Shown here: in pieces, positions 25,969-36,500 of the stretch
Numbering within the stretch: position 1 is the first letter of the stretch
How the letters are laid out: the number at the start of each line of letters is the position of its first letter
Assembly (NCBI GenBank): GCA_045545735.1
Contig: JAZQBM010000007.1
Coordinates: 112,295-176,294, forward strand
Direction: 5' to 3'
Origin: Candidatus Fimenecus sp.
GTDB lineage: Bacteria > Bacillota > Clostridia > Oscillospirales > Acutalibacteraceae
Length of the DNA stretch: 64,000 bases
The notes under the pieces: generated by a model
Told to the model about the DNA's origin: nothing
Seen by the model: only the letters and a program-made list of their open reading frames with translations
Database searches by the model: none
Translations under genes and position numbers: made by a program

Positions 25969-26245
25969 TAGGGCGAGCATCGCCGAACGTTATATGTCGT
26001 AAATGCAGTCTTTTAGCGAATTTTCGCTCTTTCATAATTGTTTTGCGTAAGCAAAACTGCTTATTCAAAAGCAAAAATTCATCAAAAATTCAAGCATTTA
26101 CGATGTACGACAGTTTTTGACGAGTAGATTTTTGTCTGGTCGAGGCAAAAATCGCAGCAATACTGTCGTATTGTAAGAATTTTAACGAAGAACAGGCGAA
26201 AAGATGCCGTCAAAAACCATATGAGGTTCGGCGCTGCTCGCCCTA
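25969..26245 (+). repeat. 277-bp non-coding element bounded by 20-bp terminal inverted repeats (structured RNA or MITE-like)
   Basis: TAGGGCGAGCATCGCCGAAC (25969-25988) against GTTCGGCGCTGCTCGCCCTA (26226-26245), 19 of 20 complementary. Several nested internal helices are present. No ORF of 60 aa or more. Confidence 0.55.
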
Positions 26246-26247
26246 AT

Positions 26248-26285
26248 AACCACGCATGAGGAAATCACTCGCGCGTGGTTTTTCC
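26248..26285 (+). terminator. Rho-independent terminator (first one after rplT)
   Basis: aaccacgc ... gcgtggtt followed by tttcc gtttt. Confidence 0.65.
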
Positions 26286-26297
26286 GTTTTTTAAATT

Positions 26298-27080
26298 ATG
26301 ACAGATTTTATTATAACAGCTAAAAACAACCCGAAAATTAAAGAAATTAAGGTGCTTTTGACATCTTCAAAAGACCGTAAAAACAGTGGACTTTTCGTGC
26401 TTGAAGGTGTCCGCTTGTGTCTTGATGCTGTAAAAAGCGGATGCGAAATTGCGTCTGTTTTTTGCACTGAAAACTGTGCAGAAAAATATGCTGACAGTAT
26501 TGCTGACCTTAAAAATGCTTGTAAAGACTTTTACTTCGTAAGTGAAGATGTGCTTAAAAGCATCAGCGACACAGTAACTCCGCAAGGGGTAGTCTGTGTT
26601 GTTAAAATGCGTTCAAATGATTTTGAATACCAACAAGGCAAAAAATATATTGCACTTGATACAATACAGAACCCCGATAATTTAGGTGCAATTTCACGTA
26701 CTGCTGAAGCATTCGGCATTGACGGAATGGTTATCTGTGGTGGCTGTGATATTTACAATCCTAAAGCACTTCGTGCATCAATGGGTGCACTTTTCCGCTT
26801 GCCTGTTAAGGTCTGCAAAAGTCTAAGTGGAGAAATTGAAATCTGTAAAAATGTGGGTATTCAGAGCTTTGCAACTGTGCCTGACCGTGATGCTCACGAC
26901 ATTACAAAAACGGATTTTTCAAGCGGTGCACTTTGCATAATCGGTAACGAGGGTAATGGTGTATCCAAGGAAATTATTGATGCTTGTGACTACAAAATCA
27001 CAATTAAAATGCAGGGCAGAGCAGAATCCCTTAATGCCGCAGCAGCCGCATCAATAACAATGTGGGAATTGGTAAAATGA
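26298..27080 (+). CDS. TrmH/SpoU-family RNA 2'-O-methyltransferase (RlmB/YsgA-like)
   Basis: IALDTIQNPDNLGAISRTAEAFG...IGNEGNGVS...ESLNAAAAASI. It sits downstream of rplT, as ysgA does in Bacillus. Confidence 0.85.
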   Translation: MTDFIITAKNNPKIKEIKVLLTSSKDRKNSGLFVLEGVRLCLDAVKSGCEIASVFCTENCAEKYADSIADLKNACKDFYFVSEDVLKSISDTVTPQGVVCVVKMRSNDFEYQQGKKYIALDTIQNPDNLGAISRTAEAFGIDGMVICGGCDIYNPKALRASMGALFRLPVKVCKSLSGEIEICKNVGIQSFATVPDRDAHDITKTDFSSGALCIIGNEGNGVSKEIIDACDYKITIKMQGRAESLNAAAAASITMWELVK

Positions 27081-28276
27081 ATTACGATTTGTATTGGATT
27101 TGGTTGTCTTGTGGTTTAGGTGCAGGGGCATCTTGTCTTGATTTGGTTTCATACTATGAGTGGAATCCTTATGAGATATACGGTACAACCTTTAATGAAC
27201 TTTTCGGTTTAAATGTTTTGACTAAAAATCGAATTGAAAAGCTTAAAAGCTTCCCCATCGAAAAAGCGGAGGAGATTTTAAGAGTTTCAAAAGAAAATGG
27301 CTGGAAAGTTATAACCCCGTCAAGTGAATATTACCCGCCAAACTTACTTACTTTGCAAGATTTACCGTTGGTACTCTTTGTTGACGGCGATGAAACTGTC
27401 CTTACAAGTGAGGTGTCAGTTTCAGTTGTGGGTGCCAGAAAAGCATCTGATTACGGCGTTTCGGTAGCACGTGCGTTGTCTTCCGCTATGGCAAGCGTCG
27501 GTTTTACGATTGTTTCAGGCGGTGCGTTGGGTGTTGATAGTGCCGCACATAAAGGTGCACTTGATGAAAACGGCAAAACAATTTGCGTGCTTGGTTGCGG
27601 TCTTGGTACAAAGTACCTTATGGACAATGAAAAACTTCGCAGACAGATTACCAAAAATGGTGCAGTTATTACTGAATTTCCACCATTCACACCTGCAAGC
27701 CGAACAACATTCCCTCTTCGCAATCGAATTATTTCAGGTCTTACACTTGGAACAATTGTGGTTGAAGCAGGTGAGCGTAGCGGTTCACTTATTACTGCAA
27801 GATTAGCCAGTGAACAGGGTAGAGATGTGTTTGCAGTACCTGGTGATTTGGTTAGCTCCTCGTTTTTAGGCACAAACAATCTTATTCGTAACGGTGCAAG
27901 AGCAGTTTTTTCGCCTAACGATATATTAGAGGAATATTGCTACCGCTTTTATGATAAACTGAATATTAAGGAAAGATTTCCCGATGATGAAATCATAAGG
28001 CGTACACAGAAATATCTTGAAGAAAAGCAGGAAGAAAAGACTGTGGTTAAAGAAGAAAAACTGCAGTCACCAAAACCTGTTAAAAAACCTGCACCGTCAT
28101 ATTTAACCGAGAATGCGTTAAAAGTGTACGAGTTTATAGGTACAGAACCCGTCCATATTGATGAAATTACAACGGGTTGCAATCTCTCAACAGATAAAAT
28201 TTTATCTGCAATTACAGAACTTGAAATTTATGGTCTTGTCACTCAAATTAGCGGCAGACGATATAAGATAAATTAA
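27077..28276 (+). CDS. dprA: DNA-processing protein DprA
   Basis: VSVVGARKASDYG...IVSGGALGVDSAAHKGAL...FPLRNRIISGL...VVEAGERSGSLITA. ATG 27077 overlaps the upstream stop (ATGA). Confidence 0.9.
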   Translation: MNYDLYWIWLSCGLGAGASCLDLVSYYEWNPYEIYGTTFNELFGLNVLTKNRIEKLKSFPIEKAEEILRVSKENGWKVITPSSEYYPPNLLTLQDLPLVLFVDGDETVLTSEVSVSVVGARKASDYGVSVARALSSAMASVGFTIVSGGALGVDSAAHKGALDENGKTICVLGCGLGTKYLMDNEKLRRQITKNGAVITEFPPFTPASRTTFPLRNRIISGLTLGTIVVEAGERSGSLITARLASEQGRDVFAVPGDLVSSSFLGTNNLIRNGARAVFSPNDILEEYCYRFYDKLNIKERFPDDEIIRRTQKYLEEKQEEKTVVKEEKLQSPKPVKKPAPSYLTENALKVYEFIGTEPVHIDEITTGCNLSTDKILSAITELEIYGLVTQISGRRYKIN

Positions 28277-28306
28277 ATGAAATTTAACATATTAGGATGA
28301 TGATAT

Positions 28307-30430
28307 ATGTCAAAACTTGTTATTGTCGAGTCTCCATCAAAAGCAAAAAGCATTCAGAAATATCTTGGAAATGACTACAAAGTTGTTTCTTCAAAAGGTC
28401 ACGTTCGTGATTTGCCTGCGGCTAAGCTCAGCGTTGATGTAAAGAATGATTTTGCACCAAAATATATGGTAATCAAGGGCAAAGAAAAACTTGTTAAAGA
28501 ATTAAAAGAACTTGCCGATAAGTCAGAATCAGTTATTCTCGCAGCCGACCCGGACCGTGAGGGAGAAGCTATTTCTTGGCACTTGGCAACTTTGCTTGAC
28601 CTTGATTTGAATGGACTTAACAGAGTAAAGTTTAACGAAATCAATAAAAACAGCGTTACAAAGGGTATTGAAAATATCGAGAAAATTGATATTGACCTTG
28701 TAAACGCACAACAAGCAAGAAGAATTCTTGACAGACTTGTGGGTTATATGCTCAGTCCGTTTATTTCACAGAAAATCCGTCGCGGACTTTCTGCAGGACG
28801 AGTTCAGTCAGTTGCGGTACGTCTTGTTGTTGACCGTGAAAATGAAATCCGTGCATTTGTGCCTGAAGAATATTGGACTCTTGATGCAAAAATGCTTGCT
28901 CCGTCATCAAGAAAGGCTTTTGTAGCATCTTTTGTAGGTGATGAAACAGGCAAGGTTAAGATTACAAATAAAGAGCAGTCAGATTATTATCTTGCTCGCC
29001 TTGAAAATGCAGAATACACAGCAGTTTCAGTAAAAAAAGGTGTTCGTAATCGTCAGCCTGCACCACCATTTACTACTTCAACTCTTCAACAGGAAGCATC
29101 TCGTAAACTTAATTATCAGGCAAAGAAAACAATGAAAATTGCTCAGGAACTTTACGAGGGTGTTGAAATTCAGGGCATCGGTTCAACAGGTCTTATTACT
29201 TATATGAGAACTGACTCGCTTCGAATTTCAGAAGAGGCAAGAGCAGCAGGTAATGAGTTTATCAGAAAGAACTTCGGTGCAGAGTATCTTCCCGAAAAAC
29301 CTCGTTATTATAAGACAAAAGCAAATGCCCAAGACGGTCACGAAGCAATTCGCCCTACAATGATGGATTTAACTCCTGAAAAGGCAAAAGCAAGCCTTAC
29401 GGCAGAGCAATATAAAGTTTATAGTCTTATTTGGAAACGTTTTATGGCATCTCTTATGGCAAACTGTGTTCAAGATACGGTTAAAGCTGAAATTCAAGGT
29501 GCAAACGCAGAAGATAAAGCACAGGGTAAATATGTAGTATTCAATGCAAGCGGATATTCAGTTCGTTTTGACGGCTATACTTGTCTTTATGTTGCAGGCA
29601 CAGATGAAGACGAAGAAGACGAGGGTAAATTGCCAAAGATTAATGAGGGCGATGCACTCAAACTCAAAGAACTTGCGGGCAATCAGCACTTCACACAGCC
29701 ACCTGCACGCTATACAGAAGCATCTCTTATTAAAACTCTTGAAGAAACAGGTGTTGGTCGTCCATCAACATACGCTTCAATTCTTTCAACAATTACTCAG
29801 CGTGAATACGTTGTACGTGAGCAGAAACAGATTAAGCCAACTGAACTTGGTGAGGCTACAACAAACCTTCTTAAAGAAAAATTCCCTAAAATCGTAAACG
29901 TTAAGTTTACTGCAGGTATGGAAGCACAACTTGATGACGTTGAAAGCGGTAAGACTGATTATATTCAGATGCTTCACGATTTCTACGGCGATTTCGAGGC
30001 AACTCTTGCAAAGGCAAAAGTTGATATGCAAGGTCAGAAAATCAAACTTAAAGAAGACGAAACTGACGTAAAGTGCGATAAATGTGGCAGAAATATGGTT
30101 ATTAAATCAGGACGATTTGGCAAATTCCTTGCTTGTCCTGGCTACCCTGAATGTAAAAATACAAAGCCACTTGTTGTTGAAACAAAGGCTACTTGCCCTG
30201 TATGTGGTGGCAAGGTAATCGAAAAGAAAACTAAAAAAGGTTACGCTTTCTACGGTTGCGGAAATTATCCCGAATGCAACTTTATGACTTGGGATAAACC
30301 AACTGACGAAATCTGCCCACAATGTGGGAAATACCTTTTCAAGAAAAAGGGCGGAATGCTCTCATGCTTGAATGAGGGTTGCGGATTTGAAAAGAAAGCA
30401 GAAAGAAAAAGAAAGACTAAGGAAGAATAA
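28307..30430 (+). CDS. topA: DNA topoisomerase I
   Basis: Toprim N-terminus LVIVESPSKAKSIQKYLG, the ITYMRTDS active-site region, and C-terminal Cys4 zinc ribbons. Confidence 0.95.
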   Translation: MSKLVIVESPSKAKSIQKYLGNDYKVVSSKGHVRDLPAAKLSVDVKNDFAPKYMVIKGKEKLVKELKELADKSESVILAADPDREGEAISWHLATLLDLDLNGLNRVKFNEINKNSVTKGIENIEKIDIDLVNAQQARRILDRLVGYMLSPFISQKIRRGLSAGRVQSVAVRLVVDRENEIRAFVPEEYWTLDAKMLAPSSRKAFVASFVGDETGKVKITNKEQSDYYLARLENAEYTAVSVKKGVRNRQPAPPFTTSTLQQEASRKLNYQAKKTMKIAQELYEGVEIQGIGSTGLITYMRTDSLRISEEARAAGNEFIRKNFGAEYLPEKPRYYKTKANAQDGHEAIRPTMMDLTPEKAKASLTAEQYKVYSLIWKRFMASLMANCVQDTVKAEIQGANAEDKAQGKYVVFNASGYSVRFDGYTCLYVAGTDEDEEDEGKLPKINEGDALKLKELAGNQHFTQPPARYTEASLIKTLEETGVGRPSTYASILSTITQREYVVREQKQIKPTELGEATTNLLKEKFPKIVNVKFTAGMEAQLDDVESGKTDYIQMLHDFYGDFEATLAKAKVDMQGQKIKLKEDETDVKCDKCGRNMVIKSGRFGKFLACPGYPECKNTKPLVVETKATCPVCGGKVIEKKTKKGYAFYGCGNYPECNFMTWDKPTDEICPQCGKYLFKKKGGMLSCLNEGCGFEKKAERKRKTKEE

Positions 30431-30433
30431 AGA

Positions 30434-31732
30434 ATGAAAGTTGCTGTTATCGGCGGCGGACTTGCAGGTGTTGAGTGTGCAAAAGCACTTTCACGAAACG
30501 GCATAAAAGTGGATTTGTTTGAAATGAAACCACATAAAAAATCACCTGCCCATAAATTAGATACTCTTGCAGAACTTGTATGCTCAAACTCTTTAAAGGC
30601 AGAAAGACTTAATTCTGCCGCAGGACTTTTAAAACACGAAATGGCGTATTTAGGTTCAATTTGCGTTGAAACTGCATATGAGTGCAAGGTTGAAGCAGGC
30701 GGAGCGTTAGCCGTTGACCGTTATGAATTTTCAAAAATCATCACTGAAAAAATCAAGAGTGATGAAAATATAAATATTATCGAAAAAGAAGTCACAGAAT
30801 TACCACAAGGGTATGATGGCACAGTTATCTGTGCAGGACCGCTCGCTAGTGACGGACTTTCCCAGACAATCCGTAAAATGTGCGGTAACGGACTTTCGTT
30901 TTTTGATGCTGCCGCACCAATTGTCAGTGCTGACAGTATTGATATGGAATGTGCATTTACGCAGTCACGTTATGACCGTGGCGGTGATGCCGACTATATT
31001 AACTGCCCAATGAATAAGGCAGAATACGAAGCGTTTTACGAGGCAATTATAAACGCTGAAAGTGCCGAAACGCACTCTTTTGATAAGCGTAAAGATGTTT
31101 ATGAGGGTTGTATGCCTATTGAAGTGTTGGCAAGTCGCGGTAAAGATACAATGCGTTATGGTCCATTAAAACCTGTAGGACTTACTGACCCACGCACAGG
31201 CCACAGACCTTGGGCAAATTTGCAACTCCGTAAAGAGAATAAAGACGGTACAATGTATAATCTTGTAGGGTTTCAGACAAATCTTAAATTCGGTGAACAA
31301 AAACGAGTTTTCAGTATGTTCCCCGCACTTAAAAATGCAGAGTTTGTCCGTTACGGCGTAATGCATAGAAATACATTTATTGATTCTCCAAGACTTCTTA
31401 ACGGGGATTTCAGTTTGCGTAGCAACCCGCTTATTTTCTTTGGTGGTCAGATTACGGGCGTTGAGGGGTATATGGAATCTGCCGCAAGTGGTATTATGGC
31501 TGGCATAAATCTTGCAAAAAGACTTAAAGGCGAAGAAACCGTAATTCTTCCCGAAGATACAATGATTGGTGCGTTATCACGATATATAAGTGATGAAAGT
31601 GTAAAGAATTTTCAGCCAATGGGTGCAAATTTTGGTGTGTTACCACCACTTCCTGACAAGATTAAAGATAAACAAGAAAGATATATGCAACTTGCTGAAC
31701 GCGGAATGAACTCTTTGAAAAAGTTTAAGTAA
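30434..31732 (+). CDS. trmFO: Methylenetetrahydrofolate--tRNA-(uracil54-C5)-methyltransferase TrmFO
   Basis: VIGGGLAGVECA..., NLVGFQTNLKFGEQKRVF. Synteny dprA-topA-trmFO. Confidence 0.9.
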   Translation: MKVAVIGGGLAGVECAKALSRNGIKVDLFEMKPHKKSPAHKLDTLAELVCSNSLKAERLNSAAGLLKHEMAYLGSICVETAYECKVEAGGALAVDRYEFSKIITEKIKSDENINIIEKEVTELPQGYDGTVICAGPLASDGLSQTIRKMCGNGLSFFDAAAPIVSADSIDMECAFTQSRYDRGGDADYINCPMNKAEYEAFYEAIINAESAETHSFDKRKDVYEGCMPIEVLASRGKDTMRYGPLKPVGLTDPRTGHRPWANLQLRKENKDGTMYNLVGFQTNLKFGEQKRVFSMFPALKNAEFVRYGVMHRNTFIDSPRLLNGDFSLRSNPLIFFGGQITGVEGYMESAASGIMAGINLAKRLKGEETVILPEDTMIGALSRYISDESVKNFQPMGANFGVLPPLPDKIKDKQERYMQLAERGMNSLKKFK

Positions 31733-31878
31733 AATTGCCCACAGCACCATTTTTTCGTTCGGGGCGGCACTATTTTGTACAGCACCACTCACTTAAAATG
31801 GCACTGTGAACAATTTTCTTTCAAACTTAATTAGTATAATTGAGCTTGTTTCGAAATTAGAAAGGATAATAAATTAAA

Positions 31879-32544
31879 ATGACTGATTTTGAAAAGAAAA
31901 TCGGATATGAATTTAACGATAAAAAGCTTTTAGAAAGAGCACTTACTCACTCATCTTATGCAAATGAAAAGGGTACAGGGCTTGATAACGAGCGTCTTGA
32001 ATTTTTAGGTGACTCGGTTTTAGGTTTTATTACTGCCGAGTACCTTTTTGAACATTATAAAAACAAGCAAGAGGGCGAGCTCACTAAAAAGCGTGCCTAT
32101 GCGGTCTGTGAAAAAACACTTTTCGGTTATGCTGAAGAAATCGGTCTTGGTGATATGATTTTGTTAGGCAAGGGTGAGGAACATACAGGCGGCAGACAAC
32201 GTCCGTCAGTAGTTTCTGATGCTTTTGAGGCTTTAATTGCAGCAATTTACCTTGACGGTGGAATTGAATATGCTAAAAAATTCGTTCTTCCGTTTATTGA
32301 AATTGCAACAGAAACCAAACCCGTTTTCAAAGATTATAAAAGTACGCTTCAAGAAGTGTTACAGCAAAATCCAACAGAAAAATTTGAATATATTGTAGTT
32401 GGTGAAAGTGGCCCTGACCACAACAAAGAATTTGTTGTTGAAATTCATATGAATAGTAATGTTATTGGTACGGGTAAAGGCAGTAGCAAGAAAAAAGCAG
32501 AGCAACAAGCGGCAAAATCTGCATTGGAGTTAATGGGATTATGA
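31879..32544 (+). CDS. rnc: Ribonuclease III
   Basis: Signature ERLEFLGDSVL plus a C-terminal dsRBD (KKKAEQQAAKSALE). Confidence 0.95.
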   Translation: MTDFEKKIGYEFNDKKLLERALTHSSYANEKGTGLDNERLEFLGDSVLGFITAEYLFEHYKNKQEGELTKKRAYAVCEKTLFGYAEEIGLGDMILLGKGEEHTGGRQRPSVVSDAFEALIAAIYLDGGIEYAKKFVLPFIEIATETKPVFKDYKSTLQEVLQQNPTEKFEYIVVGESGPDHNKEFVVEIHMNSNVIGTGKGSSKKKAEQQAAKSALELMGL

Positions 32545-33542
32545 GCCATAGTAACATAAGCATTTTCGTGCCTCATAAGGGTTGCCCAAATGATTGCAGT
32601 TTTTGTAATCAACGTGCAATCAGCGGACAAACTGTTCCCGCTACACCCAAAGATGTTGAAAATGCAGTAAAGGTTGCAATTGAATATAATATTGACCCGA
32701 AGAATACTGAAATTGCGTTCTTCGGCGGTAGTTTTACGGCGATTGAAAGGGAATATATGATTTCTCTTTTAACCGCCGCAAAGCATTTTTTAGATACATA
32801 TAAATTTAAGGGAATTCGTGTATCAACCCGTCCTGATTGCATTAATAAAGACATACTTGAAACACTTAAAAACTACGGTATAACGGCTATTGAATTAGGT
32901 GCACAGAGTATGTGTGATGACGTTTTGCTTGCAAATCGTCGCGGACATACTGCAGACGATGTGAGAAAATCTTCAAAACTCATTAAAGAAAATGGATTTG
33001 AATTAGGTCTACAAATGATGACAGGACTTTATAAAAGTGATTTCCAGAAAGACGAATACACCGCACACGAAATCATAAAATTAAAGCCTGACACAGTGCG
33101 TATTTACCCCACAGTAGTTTTAAAAAATACCCATCTTGACAATTTGCAGGAAAAAGGTGAGTATATAGCACCGACGGCTGAAGAAACTGCACCATTTTGT
33201 GCAAAACTTCTCGAAATGTTTGAAGAAAACAACATTAAAGTTATAAAACTTGGTTTGCACAGTAGCGAAACTGTCGAAAGCGATATGGTAGGCGGTGCTT
33301 ATCATCCTGCATTCCGTGAACTTTGTGAAGGGCATATATATTTACAGAAAATCCTTGAAAAAATAAGCGAAAAAGACAAAAATCAGCAATATGTGATTTA
33401 TGTGAATAAAAAAGTGCTTAGTAAGGCAAAAGGACAGCAGAAAAGAAACGAAAAAGCATTGAAAAGTCAAGGATTTCATTGTATAATAAAGGGTAAAGAA
33501 AATTTAGAAGAATTTCAGATTGAGGTAGCAGATTTAATATGA
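32541..33542 (+). CDS. Radical SAM protein (ELP3-like family)
   Basis: CPNDCSFCNQ CxxxCxxC cluster near the N-terminus. Translationally coupled to rnc and smc. Confidence 0.8.
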   Translation: MSHSNISIFVPHKGCPNDCSFCNQRAISGQTVPATPKDVENAVKVAIEYNIDPKNTEIAFFGGSFTAIEREYMISLLTAAKHFLDTYKFKGIRVSTRPDCINKDILETLKNYGITAIELGAQSMCDDVLLANRRGHTADDVRKSSKLIKENGFELGLQMMTGLYKSDFQKDEYTAHEIIKLKPDTVRIYPTVVLKNTHLDNLQEKGEYIAPTAEETAPFCAKLLEMFEENNIKVIKLGLHSSETVESDMVGGAYHPAFRELCEGHIYLQKILEKISEKDKNQQYVIYVNKKVLSKAKGQQKRNEKALKSQGFHCIIKGKENLEEFQIEVADLI

Positions 33543-36500
33543 TTTTAAAATCAATCACAATGCAGGGATTTAAGTCTTGTCCCGACAAAACAGTACTTCA
33601 ATTTAATAAAGGAATAACAGGTGTTGTTGGTCCTAACGGTAGTGGTAAGAGTAATATTTCTGACGCGGTTCGTTGGGTACTTGGTGAACAGTCCACAAAG
33701 AGTCTTCGTGGCTCAAAAATGGAAGATGTTATTTTCAGCGGAACAAAACTTCGCAAGGCAACAGGCTTTGCGGAGGTAACACTCTGTCTTGATAATAGCG
33801 ACCGCACTCTTAACTGTGATAAAGATGAAGTAAATATTACTCGTCGTTTTTACAGAAGTGGTGACAGCGAATACAAGATTAACGGGGATAATGTAAGACT
33901 TCGTGATATTAATGAGTTGTTTATGGATACAGGTCTTGGACGTGACGGTTATTCAATGGTCAGCCAAGGCAAAATTGCCGAACTTATTTCTTCAAAGTCA
34001 GGCGAACGCCGTGAAATGTTTGAAGAGGCAGCAGGTATTTCACATTTCCGTTACAGAAGAAATGACGCACTTAAAAGACTTGGACAAGCCGAAGAAAACC
34101 TTGTTCGTTTAAGAGATATTCTTTCAGAACTTGAAAGTCGTGTTGGTCCACTTAAAACACAAAGCGAAAAGGCACAGAAATTTTTAGTTCTTGCTGAAGA
34201 AAGAAAAAATCTTGAAATCGGTATCTGGTTACATAATATTGAGAAAACTCAAGAAAAATTAAAAGAGCAAGATAGAAAAATTGATATCGCATCTGTTCAG
34301 TATAAAGATGCTCAAAAGCAACTTGAAGAAATTGAGCAGAAGATGAACGATATTATTGAGAAAACACACGAAATCAATGTGAAGATTGAAGAAGTGCGTT
34401 CATCAACATCTCATTTTGAAGAACAAGCATCTGAACTTGAGGCTCAAGCAAAGGTGTATGAAAACTCTATTGCTCACAATAATGAGTCTATTGAAAGACT
34501 TGAAAAAGATAAACTTACTGCAAATGCAGACGAAACTGATATTGATGCACAAATTCTTGAAACCGAAGAACAGAAAGCAAAAGCACAAGCAGGTCGTGAT
34601 GATGCAAATCAAAAACTTGAGGCACAAATCGGTGAAATCGAAAAATTACAAAGCGAAAATAACGAGTTTGCAACTATTGCGGCAGAACTTTCAAAAGAGA
34701 TTTCTTTACTTACAGTAAGTCTTGCCGATAATCGAGTAATCAGCGAAACTGCAAGTTCACAAATTGAAGAAATCAAAACAAGAATTACTGCTATTGACGA
34801 TATTTTGGGTAACCGCCGTGATGCAGTTTTAGCGTTGGAAGAAAAGAAGAACAACGCACAAAAAGCACTCCAAGAGTGTAACGAAAAAATTGACGGCTAT
34901 AAAAACGCAGTTGACGGTTATCGTATAAAGGTACAGACAAGAACTGAAAAAAGTGAAAAAATCAAAGTAGAAATCGCATCACTTGATAGTGAAATCGAAC
35001 GCAAAAACGAGCGTATTCGTGTGCTTGATGACCTTGAAAAGAATATGGAAGGTTATCAGGGTTCGGTTCGTAGTGTTATGAAAGAAAGCAAACGCGGTGC
35101 ACTTCGCGGTGTTCACGGTCCGCTTTCACAACTTATAACTGTTAAAGATAAATATTCAGTAGCAGTTGAAACTGCCCTCGGCATTGCAATTCAGAATGTG
35201 GTTGTTGATAATGAAAACGACGCAAAACGTGCAATTGCATATCTTAAAGAAACCCGTGGCGGTCGTGCTACATTTTTACCGCTTACTGCAATCAAGTCAA
35301 GAAGTCTTGATGAAAAAGATTTGGATGATTGCTTTGGATTTGTAAGTATAGCATCTGACCTTGTAACAACTGACAAAAAATATAAAGATATTATCGAAAA
35401 TCTTCTCGGTAAAACAGTTGTCTGTGAAGATATGGATTCGGCTATTGCAATCGCAAAGAAATACAAAAACCGTTTTAAGATTGTAACTTTAGACGGTCAG
35501 GTTATTAACGCAGGCGGTTCAATGACAGGCGGTAGTAAGGCTCAGGGCGTGGGTATGCTCTCTCGTTCAAATGAGATTGATAAACTCCGTGCATCTGTTA
35601 AAGACCTTGAAGATAAGAAAAATAACCTTGCAATACAAGAAAAAATGCTCGCAGAAGATTTGGCATCAGCCGTTGCTGACCTTAATGGTATTGAGGGCGA
35701 CATTCTTTCAGCAAATGAAGAAAAAATCCGTCTTGAAGGTGAATATAAACTTGCAGAAAGTGAATATGAAACTTCGTCAGGTGGCGTAAAAGAACTTATC
35801 GAAGAAGAAAGAATTCTGGAAGAACGTATTGAAAAAATCAATGTTGATAGTATTACTGCTCGCGAAACAGTAGAAAAACTCAACAGCGAAATTGCTGAAA
35901 AAGAAAAAAGTCTTGAAGCGGTCAGCGGTGATAGAGAAAGTCTTGCACTTGTTCGTGAAGAGCTTTCTCAAAAGGCAGAGCAAATTCGTCTTGAAATTTT
36001 AGGTTTTGAGAAAGATATGCAGTCTGCTGATGACAATATTCGCCGACTTAACATTCTTAAAGGCTCACATTCAAATCGTCTTGAAGAACTTGATGCTGAA
36101 ATTGAGGCATTTAAGAATAAAAACATCTGGCTTACAAAAGATATTGAGAGTTTGCGTGCATCTGCTGATGAACTTCGTAAACAATGTGGCAATGCAAAAA
36201 CTGATGTTGATGATTTGCTTGAAGCACGTGCACAACTTGAAAAAGAAAATACAGACCTTCGTAATCTTGAAAAAGAAAAGAGTTCTGAACGTGAGCGTGT
36301 CAGCGGAGAACTTGCCCGTCTTGAAGAACGCAAGGCATCAATGCTTAATGAGTATGAGGAGTACAATTCAAAACTTTACGACGAATATCAGCTCACAAGA
36401 CGTGAGGCAATCGCACTTGAAATTGTTATTGAGAATATTAGCGACGCAAGAACACGACTTTCAGCATTGAAGAATGAAATTCGCGGACTTGGTTCAGTAA

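Noticed and set aside
25969-26245. Could the TIR-bounded structured element be SRP RNA, 6S RNA, tmRNA or RNase P RNA?
   Set aside because: It lacks the SRP domain IV motif (..GGAAG..AGCAG..). It is too long and too branched for a 6S rod, and too short for tmRNA or RNase P. I recognised none of their conserved sequence blocks.
27451-27879. 142-aa antisense ORF in dprA. Similar long antisense or alternate-frame ORFs occur in topA/trmFO (30265-30687), smc (35542-35883, 35968-36366, 36006-36470) and ftsY (37303-37755).
   Set aside because: All are nested in strongly supported conserved genes and lack start signals. They are typical shadow ORFs.
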